Shown piece after piece: positions 27,462-35,248 of a stretch of 64,000 nucleotides of DNA. A program made the translations under genes and the position numbers. Each line of letters opens with the position of its first letter. The first letter of the stretch is position 1. The stretch spans positions 32,001-96,000 of the IMG/VR virus record IMGVR_UViG_3300037245_000806, one strand, 5' to 3'. This stretch comes from a virus. The notes below the pieces were generated by a model, which had not been told where the DNA came from, did not search any database, and was given only the letters and a program-made list of their open reading frames with translations.

Positions 27462-28775
27462 CTACTCAGCGTCGGAATCGTCTTCATCGTCTTCGACTGT
27501 CTCGTATGTGACCTCGTCGCCCTTGAAGAACATCTTGACAGCGGACGCGACTGACTCGTCAAGGGTGACCTCGTAGCTGTCGCCAGTCTTGACGACCTCC
27601 GCGCTGTCGCCCGCACCGGCCTTCTGCGCGACCTCGATGAACTCCTCAATGCGCGTTGCGGGGAGGGTGACAACGACCTCACCGACACCACCGGCATCGT
27701 GTGGCTTGCGTGACTTGAACAGGCCCTTGAATTCGCCACGGTATTCCCGTGCGCCGACCTTGAGCTTGCGAATGACCATGTCCACCGCGCGGAAGTCAAC
27801 ATTCCACGTACCGTCCTTCTGCTTGGTGGGGGGGTGAATGTCCGAGACGCCGCCCTCGTAGTCGTCCAAGATAGCTTCTTTGAACTTCTTGGCGTCTGCC
27901 TGCGACTTGAAAATAACCCGAGCGCCGCGCCACTTGCCACCGGCTGCCTTCTTGCGCTCATCGACGGACTCGCCAGTGTTCTTGCCCGGCCCCGGACCGA
28001 CATCGAGGGGTTTCTTCGGCTTGGGTGCAGCCTTCGTGGGAACGCCTACCCTTGGGCTGCCCTTGCCGCCTGCGCCAGTGCTCTTGCCCGGACCCGGACC
28101 GACATCGACCGGCTTCTTCGGGGCGGGAAGCGACTTGCCAACGGCCTCGGCGATGGCGTTGGCCGCGACGAGTGCCTCGTCGTAGTTGCCCTCTGCCTTG
28201 GCGTCGTCGAAGATGCGGAGAGCCTCCATCAGCTTCTCCTGCGCGAAGTCGGCCCCGTCGAGGATTTCTTCGACCCGCTCTTGCAGTCCATCGAGGGTGC
28301 TCTCGGGCTTGAGCTTACCGTCCTCGGTCTCGTCTTCGAGGACGTAGCAGAGCGAAAGGCCCTCGGCCTCGAATGCCTCTGACTTCTCAGTGGCATCCTC
28401 GGCGGTAAGGCTGCACGCGTCGGAAATGACCACACCGGTTTCCATCTGGACGAGCACGTATTCCTCAGTGTCGCCCTCGTTGGTGTCATCATCGTCATCA
28501 TCGTCATCGTCGAAGGTTTCGCCCGATGCGGGAAGGTCAGCAATCTCGAAGGCACCGCCGTGGCCCATGAAGATCGCATGGCCGGGACTCGCGATTGCGA
28601 AGCCGTCATGCATCTCGTAGACGTCACCGGGCTCCTCGTCGAACTCCTCGAAGAGCGATACCGACGCTTCACGCGCAAGCAGCTGCGGTGACTCACCGGA
28701 TTCATCGATTTGATCGGCGGAATGAACTTCGATAACCGTCCTGCCAAAAGCAGCCTCGACCTGAGCCTTGGACAT
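27462..28775 (-). CDS. Putative internal head protein, acidic with a basic module
   Basis: QIDES and GESVDER motifs, a poly-Asp tract and a duplicated PKKPxDVGPGPGKxTG; start MSKAQ. Confidence 0.65.
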   Translation of the reverse strand: MSKAQVEAAFGRTVIEVHSADQIDESGESPQLLAREASVSLFEEFDEEPGDVYEMHDGFAIASPGHAIFMGHGGAFEIADLPASGETFDDDDDDDDDTNEGDTEEYVLVQMETGVVISDACSLTAEDATEKSEAFEAEGLSLCYVLEDETEDGKLKPESTLDGLQERVEEILDGADFAQEKLMEALRIFDDAKAEGNYDEALVAANAIAEAVGKSLPAPKKPVDVGPGPGKSTGAGGKGSPRVGVPTKAAPKPKKPLDVGPGPGKNTGESVDERKKAAGGKWRGARVIFKSQADAKKFKEAILDDYEGGVSDIHPPTKQKDGTWNVDFRAVDMVIRKLKVGAREYRGEFKGLFKSRKPHDAGGVGEVVVTLPATRIEEFIEVAQKAGAGDSAEVVKTGDSYEVTLDESVASAVKMFFKGDEVTYETVEDDEDDSDAE

Positions 28776-28824
28776 TCGATTCTCCCCTCGTAGCCTGAAG
28801 ACCACATCATGCACGGAGCGAATA

Positions 28825-29037
28825 CTAAGTCAAGCCCTTTCGAGCGGAATTTATGACCTTCCGCAGGGTGCCGCTGGACTTGGATTTCGTTACGCGTTTT
28901 CGCGCCTCCGCGCATCGCTGAGAAAGCGTGTCTGCCTCTAGAAGTGAATTCAAATTGGTGGCCAACTCCGCAACAAACGCCGCACGGTCTTTACGACTCG
29001 TGTCGATACACCACGAAATGAATTCTCCATACTCCAA
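28825..29037 (-). CDS. Hypothetical protein
   Basis: 70-aa ORF with an RBS-like purine run. Confidence 0.5.
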   Translation of the reverse strand: MEYGEFISWCIDTSRKDRAAFVAELATNLNSLLEADTLSQRCAEARKRVTKSKSSGTLRKVINSARKGLT

Positions 29038-29064
29038 CCTGCCCTTCCCTTCTCCCCCCGTAGC

Positions 29065-29475
29065 TTAACAACCCCCGGCCTTCCGCATACGCTCGCGAAT
29101 ACTCATGCGAGATTTCTTGCGCACACCTCCGCTCGATTTCTTGCGAACGCCCGCACTTGGCTTCTTGGTGGTCAGGCCTGCATGCTGCTTCAGCACCGTG
29201 AGCGCTTTCAACGTGTGGAGATTGACGTCTACTTCGTTGAGCAACTCCGTATCGAACCGCTCGATTGTGCGCACGATACCGGCGAGGGTGGAAGCTTCCA
29301 TTGGCTCACTGCCGAAGAGCAACTCGGAGGCGAGGTATCGCGTTTGCTGTTGCGGGAAATACATAAGCACGGCTAGAAGCGCGTCTTCAAGGTCTTGCGG
29401 CAGCTTCGATGTTGACGTATGTGTAGGTGTGCTGCGCAGAGGCGGGGCAGACGAGGCGCGCTTGCGCAGCTTCAC
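29065..29475 (-). CDS. Hypothetical protein with basic termini
   Basis: Probable GTG start after GAGGG; repeated GVRKKS at the C-terminus. Confidence 0.55.
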   Translation of the reverse strand: MKLRKRASSAPPLRSTPTHTSTSKLPQDLEDALLAVLMYFPQQQTRYLASELLFGSEPMEASTLAGIVRTIERFDTELLNEVDVNLHTLKALTVLKQHAGLTTKKPSAGVRKKSSGGVRKKSRMSIRERMRKAGGC

Positions 29476-29479
29476 GCCC

Positions 29480-29686
29480 TCATTGGGCTTTACGCGCTTG
29501 CGGAGGCGTACACCCGAGTTTGCCGTCGCACGTGCATTCGTGCTGCATTTCGCCGACGAGGTTGCGGAGCCGCTTTTCATTCATTGCCTTCTCTCGAACC
29601 GTTCTCCTGAGTCGCCAGTTCTGTACTGCCTGCACGACAACCAACACGTACAGCACAATGATTACGGCTGCGCAGGGTATTGACAT
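29480..29686 (-). CDS. Small membrane-anchored protein
   Basis: Hydrophobic N-terminus; GGAGGAGG RBS. Confidence 0.55.
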   Translation of the reverse strand: MSIPCAAVIIVLYVLVVVQAVQNWRLRRTVREKAMNEKRLRNLVGEMQHECTCDGKLGCTPPQARKAQ

Positions 29687-29707
29687 AACGCCTCCTCCCC
29701 CTGTAGC

Positions 29708-29735
29708 AGAATAGCAATCGGTAACACAGTGTCAA
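29708..29735 (-). promoter_or_regulatory. Promoter TTGACA-N16-TATTCT whose -35 lies inside palindrome copy 5 (29721-29735)
   Basis: Minus strand reads TTGACACTGTGTTACCGATTGCTATTCT, with an extended -10 TG. Confidence 0.65.
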
Positions 29736-29737
29736 GG

Positions 29738-30553
29738 TCATCTGCTCCCATGGAGTAATCGCCAAAACTTCCTCAAGCTCTTCTTCCCATACAGGTGCTT
29801 CGGAAGAAGCGCGTGTATCGGGAAGCTCGGAACAACGTGATTGTACACCTGCACATTCCGCAGTGCGCCTGTCCGGGGAGCGTAGCCGTCTGTCGAATCA
29901 AACCAGCGCAGCAACCATTCCTTCCAGCCCTCCCGCAAACCGCGAAGCTGGTGCGGCCTGATCCGGCGGAAGTCGCCACGCCATTGCGCGCCGTCCTCAA
30001 GGCGACACTGCGCAAGAATGGCTAGGACCACGGCGAAGTCGAGCACGTAACATTCGTTGACATGCTGCGCGAGCGCGTACTGAAGCTCGCTCTGATACTC
30101 AAAGTCGCCAACCTTCTCCTTGATGCCGTGGACCCAGAAGACGAAGAGCATCGCGGGGTTCGGGTCGAGCCCCCGATGCACGGGTTCATACGCCTCCGTC
30201 AATTGCATGTAGTTATCTATCGCCCGTTCATGCAGGAAGAAGTGTCGGCCCCGTGGCCCGGTCGCCTTACACTCAATGAAGAATTCACCGTTGGCCTCAA
30301 TGTGATCGGGGCACAGGTCTGCGTTGGAATCGTTGACGTATCGATTAGCGCCATTCACGCCGAAGAGGTGGCTCGTGAGTTCCTCGAAGAAGTCGCCGAC
30401 AATCACGGAGCCATGCCAAGACCCGCGCACCTCGGGGTCGTCCCACGGGTCACCCCCGTCGTCTTTACCGCCAGCAGACGTGAGGGACATTTGATCGAAG
30501 CGCGCCCTGTTCCGAGGCAGCTTCTTCGGTGGAGTCTCAGGTTCTTTTGCCAC
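29738..30553 (-). CDS. PD-(D/E)xK nuclease, restriction-endonuclease-like
   Basis: GDFFEE...LCPD...FIECKA. Confidence 0.7.
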   Translation of the reverse strand: MAKEPETPPKKLPRNRARFDQMSLTSAGGKDDGGDPWDDPEVRGSWHGSVIVGDFFEELTSHLFGVNGANRYVNDSNADLCPDHIEANGEFFIECKATGPRGRHFFLHERAIDNYMQLTEAYEPVHRGLDPNPAMLFVFWVHGIKEKVGDFEYQSELQYALAQHVNECYVLDFAVVLAILAQCRLEDGAQWRGDFRRIRPHQLRGLREGWKEWLLRWFDSTDGYAPRTGALRNVQVYNHVVPSFPIHALLPKHLYGKKSLRKFWRLLHGSR

Positions 30554-30575
30554 GGTACCTCTGGGGGGTCAATGT

Positions 30576-30896
30576 TTAGAATGCGCGCTGAACCTCAGCG
30601 TCACTCGGTAATGGGCCATCAGCACCTACGAGCGGGACTGACACTTCAATGGACCCGAAGACTGTAGTAAAGAACGTGATGTGATCCTCGTGTACGCGAC
30701 TTATCACCTTGAGGCTCGGGTCGTCCACGATCTTTTCCATCGCCTTGCAGAGCGTCTCAGACACCTTCATGCGTGCCTCGACGATCTCAGAGGGTGTCGG
30801 AGAATCCCCAAGTTGCTTCGTCAGTTCCTCCGTGAGTTCCTCGCTGAGTGCTGCGCCAGCACGGCATAAGAGCGCCAGTGTGTTCTCAGTCATCAT
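30576..30896 (-). CDS. Hypothetical protein
   Basis: Start MMTEN with GGAGG RBS. Confidence 0.6.
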   Translation of the reverse strand: MMTENTLALLCRAGAALSEELTEELTKQLGDSPTPSEIVEARMKVSETLCKAMEKIVDDPSLKVISRVHEDHITFFTTVFGSIEVSVPLVGADGPLPSDAEVQRAF

Positions 30897-30903
30897 GCCT
30901 CCA

Positions 30904-31620
30904 TTATCCTGCGAGTACCGCGCCGAAGCGCTGTAGTGTTTCCATGGCTTCCGCTGAGATAGCAAGCTTTGGCTTGCCGCCATAGAGCGCCGCGAACTTC
31001 TCCTGCTTCGTGAGCTTGAACTCCTTCATGAGCTTCACCACCATTGACTCGCCGTACTCTGACGGCGGAAGACTCTGCACAAGCCCCATACCGTGGGGAG
31101 GCTCCATACCAGCGCATGAATCCCAGACCACCCCGGCTGCCTGCTGCTGTATACCGAAGTTCTTCACATTCGTGACTATCGCCGCCATCATCTTGTCCTC
31201 GGCCTCGGCGAAGTCGATACCGCCCATGTGCGCCACGTCCTTGGGGAAGTGAACCTGCTTGAGCCCCGGCAGGATAGACTTCGGCAGGGACTTAACCGCA
31301 GACGCGTTACCGTACAAAACATCGTGTAGCTGCCCCTTGAAAGCTGAGGGATGATGCTGGCCGACGATCACCCCGGACGCTGTCTCCAACGCTTTCGCTT
31401 CCAGCCATGCCTTGGCAGCGGACTCAGTCATTTCCAGACACATCTGGTCATACGCGTGGTCGGTGATTGCGAAAAGCTCCGCGAGGCACTTGCCACCACA
31501 GTACAACCGATACTGCAAGGTACAGAGGGACATGCTGCCCACACACATGATATCGTAGCTGTTCCCCTGAAACACGAATGACTTCACAGACGTGCCCGGA
31601 AGCAGCTTGGAATGTGTCAT
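30904..31620 (-). CDS. Hypothetical motif-mosaic protein with the shared C-terminal tag
   Basis: 238 aa; ends ISAEAMETLQRFGAVLAG. Confidence 0.7.
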   Translation of the reverse strand: MTHSKLLPGTSVKSFVFQGNSYDIMCVGSMSLCTLQYRLYCGGKCLAELFAITDHAYDQMCLEMTESAAKAWLEAKALETASGVIVGQHHPSAFKGQLHDVLYGNASAVKSLPKSILPGLKQVHFPKDVAHMGGIDFAEAEDKMMAAIVTNVKNFGIQQQAAGVVWDSCAGMEPPHGMGLVQSLPPSEYGESMVVKLMKEFKLTKQEKFAALYGGKPKLAISAEAMETLQRFGAVLAG

Positions 31621-32135
31621 GAGTCGTCCTCCGATAGAACTGCACCGAAACGATTGAGCGTGCGCATGGCCATGGGCGTCAGGGCCTTGACGATCACAGC
31701 CTTCTCCTTCACCGTGACGTCCTTCTTGAAATCAATATCGCCCGGCGTGAACGTGAAGTCACCGGTAAAGGACACACGCACGTGCTCGTTGCCATGCATG
31801 AACTCGTACTGTGTCGGCCACAGTTTCATCAGACCACGCTCAGCAAGCACCTCACCCGCAGCATCGAGGTAGCAGAGCGTACCGTCCTGCTTGTGGCCTC
31901 CGCTGAGAATGGGCGGGTCGAATACTGTCTGCCGCCACTCCATGAGCTTCTGAAACTCCATCGAATCCGCAGGGACTATGACGCTAAGCTCAACGTCGGG
32001 GTCACGCTCTATGTACCCGCCGAGCGGATAAGGACAACCGGCGTAATTGGCCGGTGTGACCTCGAACACGTTGACGTCCAGCATCATCGGGACGCCAGCC
32101 ACGTCGGGCAACAGTAGTTTCAGTCCACTCGGCAT
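31617..32135 (-). CDS. Divergent tail-tube (gp19)-like paralogue with the shared C-terminal tag
   Basis: EWRQTVFDP...GHKQDGTL..LD..GE...R.L..LWP aligns by eye to 545..1066; ends LTPMAMRTLNRFGAVL. Confidence 0.7.
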   Translation of the reverse strand: MPSGLKLLLPDVAGVPMMLDVNVFEVTPANYAGCPYPLGGYIERDPDVELSVIVPADSMEFQKLMEWRQTVFDPPILSGGHKQDGTLCYLDAAGEVLAERGLMKLWPTQYEFMHGNEHVRVSFTGDFTFTPGDIDFKKDVTVKEKAVIVKALTPMAMRTLNRFGAVLSEDDS

Positions 32136-32143
32136 GACGGCTC

Positions 32144-32521
32144 CTAGCTTTCGAGGTACGCGCGCGCGTCGGTGCGCGGCTTGTTACTCCTGCGCGGCTT
32201 GCGAGTCTCGCGCCGCTTGTTCCGCTCCCGGCTCTTCTTCCGTTTCTCCCGGCAGGTCCGACAGTGCCTCGGGGGCACGAAATCATTCGTCGCGTAAAAC
32301 GCCTGATCCTTCTTGGACCATATGAAGGTGTTGTCGCAGGACTCGCACGTCATCCGCTTGCCGTCACCCTTCTGACTCTCGAAGGTAGTCTTGCGCACCT
32401 CGCGACAGGCCTTGCAACGCTTGGGCGTCTTGAACTTCTTCAGCGCGAAGAATGTCTGCTCGCTCTCGGTGTGTACGAATGCCTCCTGACAGTCCTCGCA
32501 AAAAATGGTTTGGTCCGGCAC
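32144..32521 (-). CDS. Tandem zinc-ribbon protein (CxxC...EQ.F....F..P.RCxxCR, two copies; zf-trcl-like)
   Basis: Two repeats of the motif and an Arg-rich tail. Confidence 0.8.
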   Translation of the reverse strand: MPDQTIFCEDCQEAFVHTESEQTFFALKKFKTPKRCKACREVRKTTFESQKGDGKRMTCESCDNTFIWSKKDQAFYATNDFVPPRHCRTCREKRKKSRERNKRRETRKPRRSNKPRTDARAYLES

Positions 32522-32523
32522 GG

Positions 32524-32685
32524 TCAATTGTCCTTTCCGGCGCATACCTCATGTATGAACCTTTGAAGAAATGGCACGCCGTCACGGTTCCATTTGCGCA
32601 CCTTGCGCATCCACTTCCGCTGGCGACGGCCCGCGCGCATTCGCTCGATGCCGCTCTCTCGAAGCTGTTCTGTGAGTGACTTCAT
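32524..32685 (-). CDS. Small basic protein (53 aa)
   Basis: My translation MKSLTEQLRESGIERMRAGRRQRKWMRKVRKW...; ATGA overlap with the upstream gene. Confidence 0.5.
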   Translation of the reverse strand: MKSLTEQLRESGIERMRAGRRQRKWMRKVRKWNRDGVPFLQRFIHEVCAGKDN

Positions 32686-34430
32686 TCTGAATCCTTCGGG
32701 GTCACGCCAAAGCGCTTGAGCGTAGCAAGGGCCTCCGGGCTCAGTGTGGCCTTGCTCGATATAGACATGGGTTGATGCGCTGGCGGTATGTGTACCCCCA
32801 TGAACGCGTCCGCTTTGAAGCCCATCAATTGCCCGCTGATAATACTCGCAATCGCGGGAGCATGCACGTCCTTGTTCTTGTCCGGTTCTCCGAACACCTT
32901 GATAAGCTCCTCGGTCGTCTTAATGACCTTCGTAGCTTTCAGCGGGAAGACGGTGTTGAAGTCGCTTTCCATCCCCGAGTCGAAATTACCATACGTCTGT
33001 TCCAGCGCCACCCGCAGCTTCGCAGCTATGCGAAACACCATGCGGGCCTTGAACTTTTCGTAGTCCTCCGGTGACGCTGTGTCAAGGTCGTCGAAGTCTG
33101 ACGCTATCTTTGCGTTGATCAAGATGTGCGCGGCGTAAAACGCTGACTTGCTCAGCGTGTCCATAAAGCCGAAGGCCGTATCCATGACGAACTCAGCACA
33201 CGCCACAGCCCACTTCTCACGCTCCATCGCCTCATTGAACACGTCGGGGGGCGTTGCATACGCGAACTCAGGCGACCACGGCACATTAACATAGCCCGGA
33301 GCCAAGTGCTTGAGCCCGACGACCTCGCCCGCCTTGTACCCCTTCGGCTCCACCCCAATCGCGCGCGCCTTCGCAGCGAGCATCGGGAATGACTTGTGTA
33401 CGGCAATCCACCAACTCGCGAGACGATCACGGTAGTCCTCGGCTATCTCCCCGTCGTACCGCTTCGGCACGAACTCAACGAAGTCCTTGAGCGATGTCTC
33501 ACCCAGCGCGTGTACCATCAAGTCATAGTGAACCTGCGCCACCTTACCGGCTGTGTGAACATAGGAGCCACAGCCTGTCAGCAGCGCATCCGGTACCGGC
33601 GTGTTCTTCACCTGATCTTCCAGCAACGACAGTGTTATATGGTCCGTGGTTGCGTCAGCAAGCATGAGGTACGCCTGCTCGGTCGGCGCAACCGTCAGCT
33701 TCGACGTCACCACACCAGCTGCTGCGTCAAGCATCTCCTCGGTGACAAAATCCGAAAGGTGCCCCACGAGCGCTCCCTTGGTGATGGACCCCCCAGACTC
33801 CGTAACAAAATCCGAGATTAGTTCCACGGGAATCTTCAGGGCGTTCGCCACTGCCTGTAGCTGCTTGGCGTTAAAGTGAAGGAAGTTATCCTGACCCTTC
33901 AGCGTGTTGCTGTAAATCTCCTGCGCACCTGCCTTGAGCTTCTCGTGAAAATACGCCTCATCCGCCTTGACGGCCTCGGAACTCGACAGCAGCTTCTTGT
34001 GCTTGCCCTTGGACCAGTGCTTCGCCACATGCTTCTTCCACGCCGCAATCGCCTGCGCCACGTCAGGGTCAAGCTCCGACACGTCGGTTTCCGTGACATG
34101 AACACCGGGCTTGAGGGATAGATTCTTCACCAACTCCGCATTGCACTCGACGTGATGGAAGTCGTCCGCAATCCCCACGCCCGGCGGTAAGTTGGTAGCA
34201 TCAAAGCCGCCACCGAATACACCGTCGAACTCGGGGAAGCCGGTCGGAATCGCTGTTTGGATAATCGCCTTCAGGTCAGCAAGTGAGGCAGGCTCCCCAA
34301 CGCATCCCTTGAGCGCCTGCCCCACCACTTTCTTGACCTTGGTGAGATTCGACTGTACGAACGCCTTGCCGCTGGCCTTCTTGAGCTTGGCCTTGAGACT
34401 CTTCGATGACTTCGGCTTCTTTGGCGGCAC
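32682..34430 (-). CDS. Hypothetical motif-mosaic protein (582 aa) with the shared C-terminal tag
   Basis: Ends LSPEALATLKRFGV; contains several short segments resembling core phage proteins. Confidence 0.75.
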   Translation of the reverse strand: MPPKKPKSSKSLKAKLKKASGKAFVQSNLTKVKKVVGQALKGCVGEPASLADLKAIIQTAIPTGFPEFDGVFGGGFDATNLPPGVGIADDFHHVECNAELVKNLSLKPGVHVTETDVSELDPDVAQAIAAWKKHVAKHWSKGKHKKLLSSSEAVKADEAYFHEKLKAGAQEIYSNTLKGQDNFLHFNAKQLQAVANALKIPVELISDFVTESGGSITKGALVGHLSDFVTEEMLDAAAGVVTSKLTVAPTEQAYLMLADATTDHITLSLLEDQVKNTPVPDALLTGCGSYVHTAGKVAQVHYDLMVHALGETSLKDFVEFVPKRYDGEIAEDYRDRLASWWIAVHKSFPMLAAKARAIGVEPKGYKAGEVVGLKHLAPGYVNVPWSPEFAYATPPDVFNEAMEREKWAVACAEFVMDTAFGFMDTLSKSAFYAAHILINAKIASDFDDLDTASPEDYEKFKARMVFRIAAKLRVALEQTYGNFDSGMESDFNTVFPLKATKVIKTTEELIKVFGEPDKNKDVHAPAIASIISGQLMGFKADAFMGVHIPPAHQPMSISSKATLSPEALATLKRFGVTPKDSE

Positions 34431-34442
34431 GACGGTTCCCGT

Positions 34443-34871
34443 CTAGTTCTCGTCGGTGCCTTCAGGCTCGTTCTCGTCGTCGTCGTCGGTGCGGCTCTTG
34501 CAGACCTTGTGGCAACCGGAGCAAACGACTCTCTCGGCCCGCGCGAACTCGTCGGAGGACACGCCAAGGCCCGTCCCGCAGTTGCCGCAGACGAGCTTCG
34601 GGGCGATGCGAACCACCATCTCCGCTGGGTCTTTATAGTAGTCGCACTCGGTCGTCCGCGTCTTGCGGAACTTCGCGTTGCAGCGGCTGCACTTGAGCTT
34701 GATCGTCTTGGGCGTCCCTCTGGAACGCCGCCGGTATTCGAGGTCAACACCGCCACAGAGCGGGCACTTCGCCTTCTCGTCGTCGAAGTAATACTCCAAC
34801 CCCGGTCGCGTGAGAACCACGCCCTTCATGCCCTTCACCTCGGCACCGCTCGTCAACTTGTCCTCAGACAT
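34443..34871 (-). CDS. Double zinc-ribbon protein
   Basis: CPLC, CSRC, CGNC and CSGC; start MSEDK with AAGGAGG RBS. Confidence 0.7.
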   Translation of the reverse strand: MSEDKLTSGAEVKGMKGVVLTRPGLEYYFDDEKAKCPLCGGVDLEYRRRSRGTPKTIKLKCSRCNAKFRKTRTTECDYYKDPAEMVVRIAPKLVCGNCGTGLGVSSDEFARAERVVCSGCHKVCKSRTDDDDENEPEGTDEN

Positions 34872-34924
34872 TCTGTGCGCCTCCTTCTCTGGGGGCCGCG
34901 TTGTCGGCCCGTGTTCACTGCCAT

Positions 34925-34953
34925 AAGGTACGTGCTCGCGGGCTTGTACGCAA
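34925..34953 (-). promoter_or_regulatory. Sigma70-type promoter TTGCGT-N17-TACCTT
   Basis: Preceded by CCATGCGAAAAAA, as at the promoter near 46053. Confidence 0.55.
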
Positions 34954-34980
34954 GGACTTTTTTCGCATGGCACGCGACTT

Positions 34981-35248
34981 TCTTTGTATGCGAATAGTGT
35001 GCAAGTAGTGTGCGAATAGTGTGTCTGCTTACAGACCCTTTACTTCCAAAGGGCGCGTTACTGCGCAGGTATCAGTTTGTAAGGTTGCGAATTCGTAAGG
35101 CCTCAGCCTGCTGTAGTGGTTCTATGAGCACATCGCCCAGATGGGTGTCACGCTGCCCTTAGAAGTAAAGGGGTGCGTGACAAAGGCAATACAAAGAGCA
35201 TACAAAGACCATACAGACCGTAACCAATGGACAGACCATAGCCAATGG
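34981..35248. repeat. Non-coding region with 11-bp and 18-bp direct repeats and nested inverted repeats
   Basis: CRARTAGTGTG x3 (34991-35023); ACAAAGNNNAT x3 (35180-35212); ACAGACCRTARCCAATGG x2 (35213-35248); inverted repeat 35035-35061/35147-35174. Confidence 0.7.

Noticed and set aside
30904-31620. Calling the 238-aa ORF a DNA polymerase A or its pseudogene
   Set aside because: The motif-like pieces are out of order, closely packed and mixed with unrelated segments in an intact, coupled ORF.
34204-34251. Calling the 582-aa ORF a RecA/RadA/DnaB ATPase
   Set aside because: Only the pre-Walker-A motif is present; there is no GxxxxGK[ST].
34991-35248. Short direct repeats considered as a CRISPR array
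   Set aside because: The repeats are 11-18 bp, adjacent and lack unique spacers; no cas genes are present.
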